DNA of 64,000 nt, taken from assembly GCA_000004985.1 (NCBI GenBank), contig GG738876.1. One strand, given 5' to 3'. The translations under genes and the position numbers were made by a program. This document shows positions 20,236 through 32,195 of the stretch, in pieces. The notes under the pieces are model-generated. The model was not told the DNA's origin, made no database searches, and saw only the letters and a program-made list of their open reading frames with translations. The stretch's first letter is position 1; every line of letters begins with the position of its first letter. The DNA is from Naegleria gruberi. Taxonomy: Eukaryota.

Positions 20236-22694
20236 TTATTTCAAATTCTCCAATTCATCGAGTGGGATATCCTCCTCATAAATATCTCGATTTCTCTTCT
20301 TTCCAGTTTCTTCGATTTCCAATGAAAAATCAGCATCAAGAGCAGCATTAGGTGAAGTCAATTGAGCAATTTCATCCTCATCATTTTGTTTTGGAATTGT
20401 CTTAATCTCGAGTAATTTGGTCTTTGGAGCTGCTTGTTGCTTCTTAGGTTTGTGGGTTCTATTATTGAGCTTTGTTTCAACAATCGAAAGCTTGTTTGCA
20501 GTTTCATTCATATGAGAAACAACTCCATTCTTCAAATTTTGTAAATCAGTAACACTAACATTTCTACCAAACGTTTCCTCGCAAGATTTTAACAATGCCT
20601 CTTCTGCTTCCAGACCAGAAGAAGCATTTGTTGATAAAATATTTCCAAATGAGCAAATATATGATTCTAAAACATCTGTCAGCACATTGAGGGCACCTGC
20701 TTTAGCTCCTTCAAATCCTTCATGACATAAAATCATTGATGTAATGCAACTGAGAGCAGAATGTGCATTCTCTTTGGAAAGATTTTGCTCTAACATTTCA
20801 TCTGGGCTCGAACTACTAGCTGAACCTTCAGAGCTTGCACTTACTGCTTTAAGGGGAATGAGAAGGTTCTTTTTCTTTTCTCTTAATTGAATAATCTTAT
20901 CTACATTTTGTTTAACTAGAGTATTGCTTGGCGAATAAATAAATGTGTCATCTTCATTGGAAATGGATGAGATTTGTTTCTTTCCTGGTGGTGGTGGACT
21001 TGTTGGCTCTCTACTCATTTGCAATGTTTGCAATAAATTATTACTTCCACTATTGCAAGAATTTTTGAGAATAGTTTGGGCCAAGTTCTGAAGTTTTGGT
21101 TCCTGTTGAGCTTTGTGAGATTGGCTATATATTTTCTTAATGGTTGACACATCTCGTAATCCCAATTTATATCCTAGATTGGAAATTATACTTAATTGTT
21201 GTTTTGCAAAATCTTTTGAGTTGTTTCGTGTTGCTATCGATGTTAAATGTGAATTTGAGAGACTTTCACCATAATCTGGCAATGTCTCATCATATGTATA
21301 TTCTGGGAAAATACATCTACTATTACTACTTAGGTTTTCAAAATAGAATGAGCTTAGAGAGTTCTCGTGGATACATTTTTGAGTTGATTTTTCTCCTCTT
21401 AGTTTCTTTTTAAATTATTGTTAAAATTCAAATAAGCTATATTCAAACTTACTAATTTTGGAAGTCTAACTTGTGCTGTTGATAAATTCCATCTTTCTTC
21501 CCTGTCGAAAATATCTACATTTTTAATTTCTTTTTGATTCTCTTGTTGAATTTTTTCCTTCAAATCTAAATAAATATCCAAATCCTTTGATGGAAGTATT
21601 TCTACAGTATTTACCTTTTGAGCCATCTCTGTATCAATTATATTCCAAGAATCTGGATCTGAATCCTTATCCTGTAAAGTGCTGAGTTTTATCTTTTTTC
21701 TTGGCTTTGATGTTGATGGCACAGTTGGTGTTTGTTCAGATTCAGAATCAGACATTGGTAATACCATAGAGCTGGCATCTTGCATTTTGGAGAGAGCATC
21801 CAATTTTTCCTCGTCATAGATAGCATTTATAGATGTTGTAGGATTATATAAATTAGAAATGATCATTTGATCAATTTGATTATACTTGTAGAGATCCACA
21901 ATATTTGTATTTTCATCATTTTGCAAATGCATATTTTCTAATAAATCCCTATCTTTTTCCAATGTGTGAAATTCACTCATTTGGAAATATGGCAATAAAG
22001 AAATGTCATCATCGTACAATACATGATTTGTTACAAATGAATCGTATAAAATTGATCTCAATCTCAAAGATAATTCCATAATTAAATTATGTGACACTTC
22101 TCCAGAGGCTTGATTATTGTTCCAGAAATTACCAAATGTATCCTTATTCACAGTAACTTGTTGATACAATTTATACAATTTATCATTGCTAGCTTGTTGA
22201 AAAATGTTGGAAATCTTCTTTTTAGGAGATCGATCCAATTCTTGAACAAGTGAAAACCACTGATCAGATGATGATGTTTGTAGCATACAAGGAGAACAAC
22301 AAGAAGACGAAGTAGGTGAATAATCAGATGGTGATACAACAGCTCTCCTTCCTCCAACAACAATACCTCCCGACGATGATAACAGTGGTGTATTATTATT
22401 ACCAGGCTTTCTCTTTCTTCGTGTATTTGGTGTTTTCAATTGTGTATTATTATTATTACTAATGCTGCTACTACCACAACTCGTTGAAGATGGTGGAGTA
22501 TTATTTCCACCTCCTTGTTGTTGTTGCAATGTTGTAGTACCATGAATACCACTTGTATTGACCGTCAGTTGATGCTGTTGCTGTTGTTGCTGAAGTAAAG
22601 AAGAAGCTTCGCCAACTTCTTTGCCCGTTATTATTGTTGGTGTTGCTTCATGTAAATGGTTGGGCATTTTTTGGAAATGATAGGTTGGCGCCAA
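20236..22694 (-). CDS. Gln/Asn/Ser-rich hypothetical protein, probably 2 exons (track ORFs 21399..22694 and 20236..21282), with an acidic C-terminus
   Basis: The upstream ORF ends next to a gtaagt donor (aaattaGTAAGT, around 21410 on the minus strand). The downstream ORF's frame is open for about 90 nt upstream of its TTG, consistent with a short intron. The joined product has a poly-Q/N N-terminus. The exact junction is unresolved. Confidence 0.35.
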
Positions 22695-22989
22695 ATAATA
22701 TTTTCCTTTTCTCTTCTTGCTTCTTGTGATGGTGATGATGAATTAATTGTCATCATATTGAACAAGAGGATAGATATAATTTGATATGTATGTTAGGAAG
22801 ATGGTTGCTGAAGAAGAATTTTAATGTGAGGATTTGAATTTTGAGTTTTTTGCTTCACCTTCAAGAGAGAAGGTTCTTCATTGAAAAATTAAAGTTAAAA
22901 AAATGTATTGCAATAGTATGTAGGAGATGTTTTTGAAGATTGTTCTAATGTGTTGTGTTATTAATCCTTGTTGTTGTTTGTATTGTGTG

Positions 22990-24499
22990 ATGCGGATTCT
23001 AGTTAGTGAAACAGCACCACTTCATCCTGTAATTTCTAAAAAGACTGGACACTTGTTTGAAAAGAGTTTGATCTTAAAGTATATTGAAGAACACGGAAAG
23101 TGTCCAATTACTGGACAAGATTTAACTCCTAATGATTTAATTGATGTAATTTGTAGGTATCGGATCTTTAATTTCTCTCATCATTGATCATCTTGTATTA
23201 TTGTTCATCTGAATAATTGTTTTAATAGATAAGAAAGGCACTGAATCATCGGTGAAGCCTAGTCAAGCTATTGCCAGTATTCCAAGCATGTTACAAACAT
23301 TCCAAAATGAATGGGACTCTGTAATGTTGGAAACTTTTACTTTGAGACAACAATTGGATAAATCAAGAAAGGAACTTTCACACTCACTTTATCAACATGA
23401 TGCTGCTTGCAGAGTTATTGCAAGATTAATGAAGGATAATGATGACACAAAGAGTATTCTCAGAAAAAATCAAAATAATATGGAAGATGAAACTTCTAAT
23501 ACTCTCTCAGAGACTGTTTCAGAAAGACTTACAAATACTGCAGAAATTCTCTCATCAAATAGAAAACAAAGAACTATTTCACCATCTCTTAAATCACCAG
23601 AGGAAATGTCAAATTCCAACACTCGTTTGTTAAATAGTGAATACAGACTCCATCAAGGAAAGGGTATTCAATCCATTGACGTTTTAAATTCATTGATTTT
23701 AACTGGAGGTAGAGATGGATCAATTTCAGTTTTTGATAAGCAATATAATACTTGTATTGGAGAGTTGAATTCTAATTCTGGACCTGTAAATTGTGCCATT
23801 TTCCACAATACTCCTGAATTTGCCTTTTCAAGTCACAATAGAGATGTTAAAATATGGTCTCTTAAGGATTCTACCTGTCTTCACACTATGGAAAAACTTC
23901 ATTTGGAACGTGTTACTGGACTTGCCTTGCATCAATCTGGTCACTACTTCTTGACATCATCTCTCGATCAGACATGGTCTTTCTGTGAAATTGAAACTGG
24001 AACTAGTTTGTTAAAGAGTAGCAATGATGAATCAGGATATACTTGTATTCAATTCCATCCAGATGGTTTATTATTTGGTACTGGTCTTCAAAATAATGCT
24101 GTAAAGATTTGGGACGTCAAGTCTCAACAAGTAGCTGCTACATTACAAGGACACTCTGGAGAAGTTACCTCACTTTCATTCTCTGAAAATGGTTACTATC
24201 TCGCTTCTTCATCAAAGGATAAGACTGTTCGTATTTGGGATTTAAGAAAAGTGGTACCTCTGCACACATTGCAATTCAATTCACCAGTTAGCAATGCTTC
24301 CTTCGACTATTCTGGTATTTATCTAGGTGCAACCTGTACTGATGGTACTGTTGGAGTTTATCAAGCTAAGGTTTGGACTGAACTCATTAATACAACAGTT
24401 CCAAACACCTGTTCTCCATCAAGCATTCGCTTTGGACCTAATGCTAGTTTTATTGCTGTTTCCGGATTGGAGGACAGCACTTTGCGATTCATTGAATAA
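22990..24499 (+). CDS. PRP19: pre-mRNA-processing factor 19 (U-box E3 ligase plus WD40), 2 exons
   Basis: The MRILVSETAPLHPVISKKTGHLFEKSLILKYIEEHGKCPITGQ U-box aligns with the Prp19 N-terminus. An intron at about 23146..23233 (gtaatt...ataag, 88 nt) joins ...LID|KGTESSVKPSQAIASIP. Then come QNEWDSVMLETFTLRQQLD...LYQHDAACRVIARL and C-terminal WD repeats. Confidence 0.85.
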
Positions 24500-24559
24500 A
24501 AAGAAATTGTAAAGTAAACGAATTTAACACGAACTTCGAGATCAAAAAACAAGAAAAAA

Positions 24560-25478
24560 ATGGGTGTAGACGTTACCGTGCTAATGGTCAATCTGGACCA
24601 ATTTGAAGATTTGGGTATGCATCTACTTTTTTACTTTATTATTTAATACTTTGTAAATAGCTGAGAAACTTGTCTCCGATGAAACAGAAGATCCATCTTC
24701 CTACAAACAAGATTTGTTAGAATTAGATAGCAGATTTTATATTAACAGTTTCCGCTTGAGAGCTGCCGGTGAATTAGCAAAATTTGCAGCTAAATTCGGA
24801 TTATCAGAAACTTGGTCTGATTCAACCCAATTAGATGAATTGTTGTGTAGTATTGGCACATTTAGACAAGACAGTACAATCATACTAACTCAGGAAAACT
24901 CTGATGAAGTGGAGGAATATGTTGAATTTCCTAACTTGATTGAGTTGGGAGAAGCTTACCAATCAGTTGCAGAGTACACTTTCACATTCATTCATCCACT
25001 TTTGATTGCAGAATTGAGTGCTCATTTCGAACATCAAAATAGCATTCCTATTGAATTATTGGAAAAAGTATTCGAAAATGAATATGAAGAATATGTTCGT
25101 CCAAAGAAATTGAGAAAACCAAATTCCAATGAAGAAAGCATCGATGGAATAAGAGAATGGTTAAGCCATAATGATGAATATGTATTCTTCACCAATATCC
25201 TATTGTATTACAATACACCTGAACGTGTCTTTTCTCTTTTGGAAAAACCAAAAATTGGAAAGGAAAAAGTGAAAAATATTTTACAACCACTGCTGATGAA
25301 ATTTGAAGATATTGCAGATGAATATTGGATTTTAATTATGGAATTTATTGAAGATCCATTTTCATTGACAAGATTTGGAATGGCTCATTCGAAATTCTAC
25401 AATATTCTTTGTAAGAATCGAAAAGAATGGTATGCAGAATTCAAAAGAAATATTGGATTATTCTCATACCTGAGCTAA
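24560..25478 (+). CDS. conserved hypothetical protein, 2 exons (24560..24614 and 24661..25478), family not recognised
   Basis: The first exon MGVDVTVLMVNLDQFEDL ends at a gtatgc donor. The aaatag acceptor rejoins the frame at AEKLVSDETEDPSSYKQ..., continuous with track ORF 24714..25478. Confidence 0.45.
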
Positions 25479-25603
25479 TTACCCTTCAAATGTTCTTCAC
25501 ATTGTACGAATTAGTTCTTGTTTTGCTAGATCATTAAATTTATTAAAGCATTCTCTAATAATTTGTAAGAAAGTATTCAATTAATTTAAAAAGAGTTCCA
25601 GCA

Positions 25604-26338
25604 ATGTATGTTGCTAATCAAGCTGTATTGGCATTGTATTCATCTGGAAAGACTAATGGAATGGTTATGGATTCAAGAGATGGAATTACACATGCTGTTC
25701 CAATTAATGATGGATTTGCCGTTTCAGATGCAATTGTGAGTTTAGAATTGGCAGGCAGTGACATTACTGATTGTTTAATGGAAATGTTGAAGGGGAAAGG
25801 GTTTCCTCAACTCCAATCCTTAACAAACGAAAGAAGAATCTTTAGAGATATTAAGGAGAAGCACTGTTATATTTCTCTTGATTTCAATACTGAAATGGTA
25901 AATGAAACATCTTTATCTATTCAAAGAGAATATGAACTACCAGATGGGTCTATCATTCCAATTGATAAAGAACGATTCAAATGCACAGAAGTTCTTTTCC
26001 AACCAAATTTGATGGAATTAGAATGTGCCTCCATTCATGAAACTATTCTCAGCTCAATTGGTAAATGTAATATTGAAATGAGAAAGAATTTGTTCAGTAA
26101 CATTCATATATCAGGTGGAAATACAATGTTTGAGGGAATTTCTGAACTATTGACCAAGGAACTGACTGCACTAGCTCCATCTGCAATGAATGTTAAGATT
26201 ATTGCTCCTCCTAAGAGGAAATATTCTGTTTGGATTGGTGGTTCGATTCTTGCGAGTTTTATTGAACATGATATGTGGCTTTCGAAAGAGAATTATGAAG
26301 AATTTGGATATGAAGTTGTTCATAGAAAGTGTTATTGA
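25604..26338 (+). CDS. actin-like protein, C-terminal half only (homologous to about actin residues 132-375). Orphan 3' fragment, possibly a truncated paralogue or pseudogene.
   Basis: MYVANQAVLALYSSGKTNGMVMDSRDGITHAVPI...DIKEKHCYISLDF...YELPDGS...KYSVWIGGSILAS...HRKCY is roughly 50-55% identical to actin subdomains 3/4. Homology extends 3 codons upstream of the Met (VPA|MYVA). The N-terminal 130 residues are absent, because the preceding gene ends about 125 bp upstream. Confidence 0.6.
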   Translation: MYVANQAVLALYSSGKTNGMVMDSRDGITHAVPINDGFAVSDAIVSLELAGSDITDCLMEMLKGKGFPQLQSLTNERRIFRDIKEKHCYISLDFNTEMVNETSLSIQREYELPDGSIIPIDKERFKCTEVLFQPNLMELECASIHETILSSIGKCNIEMRKNLFSNIHISGGNTMFEGISELLTKELTALAPSAMNVKIIAPPKRKYSVWIGGSILASFIEHDMWLSKENYEEFGYEVVHRKCY

Positions 26339-26720
26339 GTTCAGTATTCTTCTTGCTGGAATACTATTGATCACCATTCAGAGATGTCAGATGCGAAGAA
26401 CGCAGAAGTGTTTGTTGTTTGTAAAAATTATTACGGAAATATTTACTGAAATTTGTTTTAGTTATTCGAAAGAAATGCATTTACGAATCCACAAAGATGC
26501 ATCATCATATCTTAAAGGATAATAATGCCGATCCAGTAGGGCGGCAATCCTCTTATTTCTAACAATTTGTACGAAACCAAGTTGAAATTGTAGAATCTTG
26601 TTTGTAAATGGAAAGAGATGGTATTTTACAAATTAATTTAAACTGTCCCTAGTACGTACATTTTGTTTGAAATGATTGAAAGAAAGTAAGAGTAAAGGGT
26701 TTATTAATCATTCAAAAAGA

Positions 26721-28520
26721 ATGTCAACAATACTTTCGAATAGTTTATTCATCATTACTTTACTCTTGCTTGTTGTTTCGAATAGTTACCAATCAACCAA
26801 CAACAGCAACTTGACAACCGTTACTTCATTCTACTACCCACAATACGAATGTCTCAAACACACTCCAGTCAACCAATTCTACTATCCTTTCATGTTCACT
26901 CTCGATACTCCCTTCTATGATTATTGTAAATTGCCAACGATTGGAAATGCACCACAAGATTTCTATAAGGACTCTCAATTGATCAGTTCATTATTGGATG
27001 GTTCATTCTCTTGTGTTGATTTCCTGTGTTCCAATGACAAGGAATGGAACCTTTCGAATAAGACTCAGCTCACTACACTTGGAGTCATGTGGAATTATTG
27101 TTTTTATTGTAATACTGAGGGAAGAAATTCATCATCAATTAATTCGACAAGTGAAATATTTAGAGAAAAACTAATGTTGGGTCAATGTGATGCATTTTCA
27201 ATTGCAAATTCATCGTTGAATTTCTTGGAGAATTTCAATCGAGTTTCGAATAGGCATTGTAATGGAGATAGCTATGTGGAGAGACGTCATTTACCATTCC
27301 TTGAATATTACTTTTTCCAAACAGATTACTTTATCAATTCGTTTGCTAGATATAGAAAGAATAATTTCAATGAAGTTTATTCTGATGCAAAGACTTACAT
27401 TTCCAAAGTTAAACTTCAATCCATTCTCACCTTTTATTTTAAAGATTTATTCGAAAGGTCAACACTTGATTCAGCCCCTCTCAACATTCCAGTTTCATGT
27501 TGGTGTGATTATGGATCTAGCTCCAAAACCATTGGTTTTCAATGCTACGATTATTATCAGGGATGGCAATTATTATGTACCTATAGAATATGTGTTGTGA
27601 TATTTACTCTATTATATGGCAGTTGTTCATTGTTTTATTCATTGGTTTTGGTGGTACCGAGAATTGTGGAGAGAATTTCCTCATTCAAACAGAGAAATGA
27701 TATTAGATTAATGGAAACTAATTGTAAGAAACCTCTCTATTTCATTAGACATTTTTTAGATATTGTAACACAACCTCCAATTTTCTTTACATTATCTGCA
27801 TTCTTTGGAATGTTGGAAAACTGTTTCAGATTTCTATTTAATTTTAGTGTTTTTAATGGATTTTTCAATTCTTTCTATTCGGGAATTTTTAGATCGATTT
27901 CAATTGGTTTGGCATGTTGTGGATATTCTGCATTGGTTATTTCATGGGCTCATGTGATTGATTTGGCAAAGAGAAAGACATCCTCTGCTCCCTTTTCAAG
28001 TCAATTGTCAAAATTGAATGTTGTAATCTTGACAATTTGTTACATTGGCATGTTAATATCAGGAATTGTGAGTGCAATCATTTTGATTGTTGTGAAGAAC
28101 TCATCTACTGGTTATATCTTCTTGACAGTTGCTGTACTGATCTATCTCTTTACATTTGTAGTTGGCTTTGCATTTTATGGAATCAAGATTTTACTTTCCC
28201 TCAGAAAAACCTCAGATACTAGCTCAATTATTGAGTATCGTTTCACCAAATTCATTCTATTAGAAACGGTCTTCTTCCTTATTGGTTGGATTGTTTCACT
28301 CTTCATGTTAGTTTCGTACGTGTTTGGTTTCGATTCGATGGGACTTTTCTGGGGACTCAATAGAAATATTTTCATGGATACCATGTTGAATGCAGTTTCC
28401 ATTCTCTCATGTTACATTACTTTCAATAGGAATGCATTCGAAATGGTGTATGGAAAGAAGTTTCTTTCATTGTGTTCATGTGAAAAGAATAATGATACTA
28501 CAAGTGATAATAAACAATAA
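26721..28520 (+). CDS. seven-transmembrane receptor-like protein with an N-terminal secreted Cys-rich ectodomain (putative GPCR)
   Basis: Signal peptide MSTILSNSLFIITLLLLVVSNSYQ, a roughly 300-aa ectodomain with many Cys and NxS/T sites, then 7 hydrophobic helices (LLCTYRICVVIFTLLYG ... NAVSILSCYITF) and a short tail. The true ATG is at 26721. Confidence 0.55.
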   Translation: MSTILSNSLFIITLLLLVVSNSYQSTNNSNLTTVTSFYYPQYECLKHTPVNQFYYPFMFTLDTPFYDYCKLPTIGNAPQDFYKDSQLISSLLDGSFSCVDFLCSNDKEWNLSNKTQLTTLGVMWNYCFYCNTEGRNSSSINSTSEIFREKLMLGQCDAFSIANSSLNFLENFNRVSNRHCNGDSYVERRHLPFLEYYFFQTDYFINSFARYRKNNFNEVYSDAKTYISKVKLQSILTFYFKDLFERSTLDSAPLNIPVSCWCDYGSSSKTIGFQCYDYYQGWQLLCTYRICVVIFTLLYGSCSLFYSLVLVVPRIVERISSFKQRNDIRLMETNCKKPLYFIRHFLDIVTQPPIFFTLSAFFGMLENCFRFLFNFSVFNGFFNSFYSGIFRSISIGLACCGYSALVISWAHVIDLAKRKTSSAPFSSQLSKLNVVILTICYIGMLISGIVSAIILIVVKNSSTGYIFLTVAVLIYLFTFVVGFAFYGIKILLSLRKTSDTSSIIEYRFTKFILLETVFFLIGWIVSLFMLVSYVFGFDSMGLFWGLNRNIFMDTMLNAVSILSCYITFNRNAFEMVYGKKFLSLCSCEKNNDTTSDNKQ

Positions 28521-29047
28521 TGTGATTGGTAAAGGATTGAATATTCTTGATCTCTGTTTCAATTTTCGTTCAAACTTGCACCTCATCTCCCATTTTCCTT
28601 GAAATTCAATTGTTCGGAGATGAGTGGGAGTTATTAATTGAAAATTCCGCAGTAGTAAGCACAATCTGTTCACAAGTCCATTACTTCTCCTCATGAAATC
28701 ATCAATTAATATTGAAAATTATTTGGATGTAGATATTGCAATTTCCTTCGTGTTCTCCATCTTTATTTCTCTGTGCATTATCAAAAACTACACACAGGTG
28801 CGCCCAATGATTGATCAATATTGAACCTTTTTTCATTCCTCCCACACGTGTGTGCTCCCTATCAATCATTAAGAGCATCAACATGATCCATTCAACAAAT
28901 GCAAGAGAGGCTCTCTTGAAAATTTTGGCGCGCAACTAAAATCTATGTGATTGTGTATTTGAGACTGATGGGAAGATGCTTTGAAAAAATATCTTTTTAA
29001 AATAATTTTAAATAAATTATTGTTGAAGAAAATTGATTCTAGAAAAA

Positions 29048-32017
29048 ATGTCTTCGTACGGAACGCACGGCGATGGTGGAGATGGGTTGGAATCGAGTAA
29101 ACAACTCAATGTGCTCCAAAAGATTGCTAGAAATAGAGTGGTGAATATTGTTGGTGCGATAATATTATCAATTATTTTATTATTGAGTATTGGATGTTGT
29201 GTTGTTGTTGGTGTGCTTCATTCACATTTGCTTTTCCAATGTGGATTTGCTGAATTTATATTTATGTTACTTCTTGAAGGCGCTACATTCTTCTTCTGTA
29301 TTTATCACTTGTACAATATTTACAAGTTTTTCAAGACTAGAGCACGACACTCTGGTAAGAAGGGAATTTCCGCTATTGTTGCTGCTTTATGTTCATCAGA
29401 AGTAAATCAATACAATGCATATTCTGATTCCAGACAAGGAAATGAAGAAGATGATTTTGATGATGAAGAAGATGATGAAGATGACGAAGAAGAGGAGGAA
29501 GAAGAAAGCAAATTTTCCAAGTTTGTTGTCGGCTTTTTGAAGATTGCTGCCAATGCTATTGCTGTTTTATGTTTCATCATTTTGGTACTTTTCACAGTTG
29601 TTGTCGTTCCATTGCAACAACAAACCTACCCAACTTATAACGGTACTCTTAAACTTCCAAAGTTTACACCAAAGGGATCTTCTGCTCCTACAATTTCACG
29701 TGAAAGTAATGGTGTTGTTCACATCAAGGCTTCACACGATTATGATTTATATTTCGCACAAGGTGTAGCTGTTGCTCAAGATCGTTTGTGGCAATTGGAA
29801 TTTAATCGTAGATTGTCAAATGGTATTTTGGCTGAAGTTGCTGGTGCTGATGCTGTCAATGTTGACAGTTGGTTCAGAACTCTCGGATTTGCTCGTTCTG
29901 CTGCCAACATTTTACCAACCATTGATGCTGAAACTCTTTCATTCATTCAAGCATATTGTGATGGTATTAACTCTTATATTAATAGTAATCCACCACTTCA
30001 ACCTGAATTTGTTCTCCTCAACACTAAACCAGTTGAATGGACTCCAAGTGATGTTATTGCTTATATGAAGTTTGTTTCATTCTCTCTTTCTGATAATATG
30101 GAAAAGGAAGTTTGGAGATTCAAGATGATGCAAAGAAATATCACAAAGGACAGAGTTAACGAATTGGTTCCTTTCTACCCAACTGATATGCCAACTATTT
30201 TGAGTTTGGAAGAAATGAATTTGCAAAACGTTCCAGTTGAAGAAAGAGAAAAGATTGAAAAGGCTCAACAAGATGATTCTGCTGCTTTTATTCCAAAGGC
30301 TATTCACAATTTGACCATGTCTGTCATGGAAGAAATGTTCGCTTCATTGGAAGAATCTGGTGAATGGGGTAAACAAGCTGTCAGATCAGTTTTGAAGGGT
30401 ATGGTTGCTCCAGATATCACTGGTAACAAGGCCTCAAACAATTGGGTTCTCGGAACCAAGATTACAGCAAACAATGGATCATTGTTGGCTAACGATCCTC
30501 ATTTGGATTTGACTGCTCCAGGTATTTGGTATTTGGCTCATTTGGAAGGTCCAACTCACAATGTTATTGGTTCTACTTTTGTTGGTCTTCCAGGTATTGT
30601 TATTGGTAAGAATGATTTCATTTCATGGGGTGTTACTACTGGTCTTGTTGATGCTCAAGATTTGTACGTCATGTCCGAAGTTGAAGAAGGTAAAACTTAC
30701 AACTACAATGGTAAAGTTCTCCAATATGAAACTCGTACCGAAACTATTAATGTTAAGGGAGCTGCTGCCAAGACTATTACTGTTAAGGAATCTGTCTACG
30801 GTCCAGTTATTAATGACCACTACCAAGTTGATGGTAACGTTTTGTGTTTGAAGTCTTTGACTACCTACACTAATGATACCACACTCCAAGCTTTCCTCAA
30901 GTTGAACAGAGAAGCTAAGGATTGGAACTCATTTGTTGATGTTGTCTCCTTGTTCGTTTCCCCATCCCAAAACTTTGTCTTTGCTGACAAGAGTGGTAAC
31001 ATTGGTTACTATTTGGCTGGTTTGGTTCCAATTAGAAAGGAAGGTCACAATGGTAGATTCCCAGTTATTGGTGATGGTAGCTATGATTGGCAAGGATTTA
31101 TTCCAGCTGCTGAAAAGCCAAGCGTTTACAATCCAAAGAAGGATTACATTGCTTCTGCAAACAACAGAGTTACTCCTGTTGGTTACAAGTACAGTATTAC
31201 CCAAGATTGGTACTCTTTCTATAGAGCTAGCAGAATTGTCTCATTGATTGAAACTGCTATTGAAAAGGGAACTCCACTCAATTTTGAATACATGAAGAAG
31301 ATGCAACACGACGTTCACTCACCAGTCTTTGATCAATTCAAGTTTGTTTTTGAAGCTATTCCAAAGTTCAGAAATCTCACTGAAAATAAGGAAAAGTTGA
31401 GAGAAAAGTTGATTAATTGGGACGGTGATGAAATTTTGTACTCTCAATCTGCTTCCATCTTTGAAATGTGGTACAAGATTATGGGTAACCTCACCAAGGT
31501 TGAAACTGTCAATAGATGGTCTTTCGGTCCATATCTTTACAATGCCTTGAAGAATGGTGATAGTGCTTGTGAAAATTATCACAACACTACTTGTATGTTG
31601 TTCGCTATTGACAGCTTTGAAAATGCCATTGATGCTCTTGAAGCCACTTACGGTTCTATTCCATTGTGGGGTTCTGATATTCACGAATCTGAATTCCCTA
31701 ACCCGGTAATGGATAATACTGTTCTCAAATGTTTGGCTGGAGCTACTCGTACTACTGTTGGTGGTTCTTCAACCATTAATGTTGGTGAAACTCAATATCC
31801 TGCCCTCAATTCAAGATGGGGTGTTTCTTATAGACAAGTTGTTGATTGGCGAGGCAATCAAGCTTCATTCATCATTCCACTCGGTCAATCTGGTAACTTC
31901 TTATCTCCTCTTTACACCAACTTGTTAGAAATGTGGTCTGACCCAACTGGTCAATACTTGGACATGAAATCTGCTGGTTACACTGCAACCAATACCCTTT
32001 CTCTTTCCTCTCAATAA
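29048..32017 (+). CDS. penicillin amidase / N-acyl-homoserine-lactone acylase family Ntn-hydrolase with an N-terminal 3-TM anchor and an acidic (D/E) loop
   Basis: Family motifs ...GNKASNNWVLGTKITANNGSLLANDPHLDLTAPGIWY (Ser nucleophile at the start of the beta-subunit, SNxW) and downstream segments conserved with PvdQ/PGA. The N-terminus has three hydrophobic helices flanking EEDDFDDEEDDEDDEEEEEEE. 990 aa, single exon. The true ATG is at 29048. Confidence 0.8.
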   Translation: MSSYGTHGDGGDGLESSKQLNVLQKIARNRVVNIVGAIILSIILLLSIGCCVVVGVLHSHLLFQCGFAEFIFMLLLEGATFFFCIYHLYNIYKFFKTRARHSGKKGISAIVAALCSSEVNQYNAYSDSRQGNEEDDFDDEEDDEDDEEEEEEESKFSKFVVGFLKIAANAIAVLCFIILVLFTVVVVPLQQQTYPTYNGTLKLPKFTPKGSSAPTISRESNGVVHIKASHDYDLYFAQGVAVAQDRLWQLEFNRRLSNGILAEVAGADAVNVDSWFRTLGFARSAANILPTIDAETLSFIQAYCDGINSYINSNPPLQPEFVLLNTKPVEWTPSDVIAYMKFVSFSLSDNMEKEVWRFKMMQRNITKDRVNELVPFYPTDMPTILSLEEMNLQNVPVEEREKIEKAQQDDSAAFIPKAIHNLTMSVMEEMFASLEESGEWGKQAVRSVLKGMVAPDITGNKASNNWVLGTKITANNGSLLANDPHLDLTAPGIWYLAHLEGPTHNVIGSTFVGLPGIVIGKNDFISWGVTTGLVDAQDLYVMSEVEEGKTYNYNGKVLQYETRTETINVKGAAAKTITVKESVYGPVINDHYQVDGNVLCLKSLTTYTNDTTLQAFLKLNREAKDWNSFVDVVSLFVSPSQNFVFADKSGNIGYYLAGLVPIRKEGHNGRFPVIGDGSYDWQGFIPAAEKPSVYNPKKDYIASANNRVTPVGYKYSITQDWYSFYRASRIVSLIETAIEKGTPLNFEYMKKMQHDVHSPVFDQFKFVFEAIPKFRNLTENKEKLREKLINWDGDEILYSQSASIFEMWYKIMGNLTKVETVNRWSFGPYLYNALKNGDSACENYHNTTCMLFAIDSFENAIDALEATYGSIPLWGSDIHESEFPNPVMDNTVLKCLAGATRTTVGGSSTINVGETQYPALNSRWGVSYRQVVDWRGNQASFIIPLGQSGNFLSPLYTNLLEMWSDPTGQYLDMKSAGYTATNTLSLSSQ
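29441..29506 (+). repeat. GAA/GAT (Glu/Asp) trinucleotide-rich coding microsatellite within the acylase gene
   Basis: gaagaagatgattttgatgatgaagaagatgatgaagatgacgaagaagaggaggaagaagaa. It also yields a poly-Ser antisense ORF (29407..29595) in the track. Confidence 0.6.
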
Positions 32018-32195
32018 TTTAAAGTCATTATTAAATAAATAATCTAGTTTGTATATATTTACTGTTGTTGTTAATATGAAAGAAGCGTTTCTGTGGCGAA
32101 ATTCAACATCTTCAACTGGATTCACTGAGGTTTGATCATTGTCACTTTTCAATATCTTCCTGAAAAGGGCACAAACTAAAGTTGAAAAAAACAAA

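Noticed and set aside
29407-29595. Poly-Ser ORF antisense to the acylase gene
   Set aside because: It is an antisense reading of the GAA/GAT acidic microsatellite.
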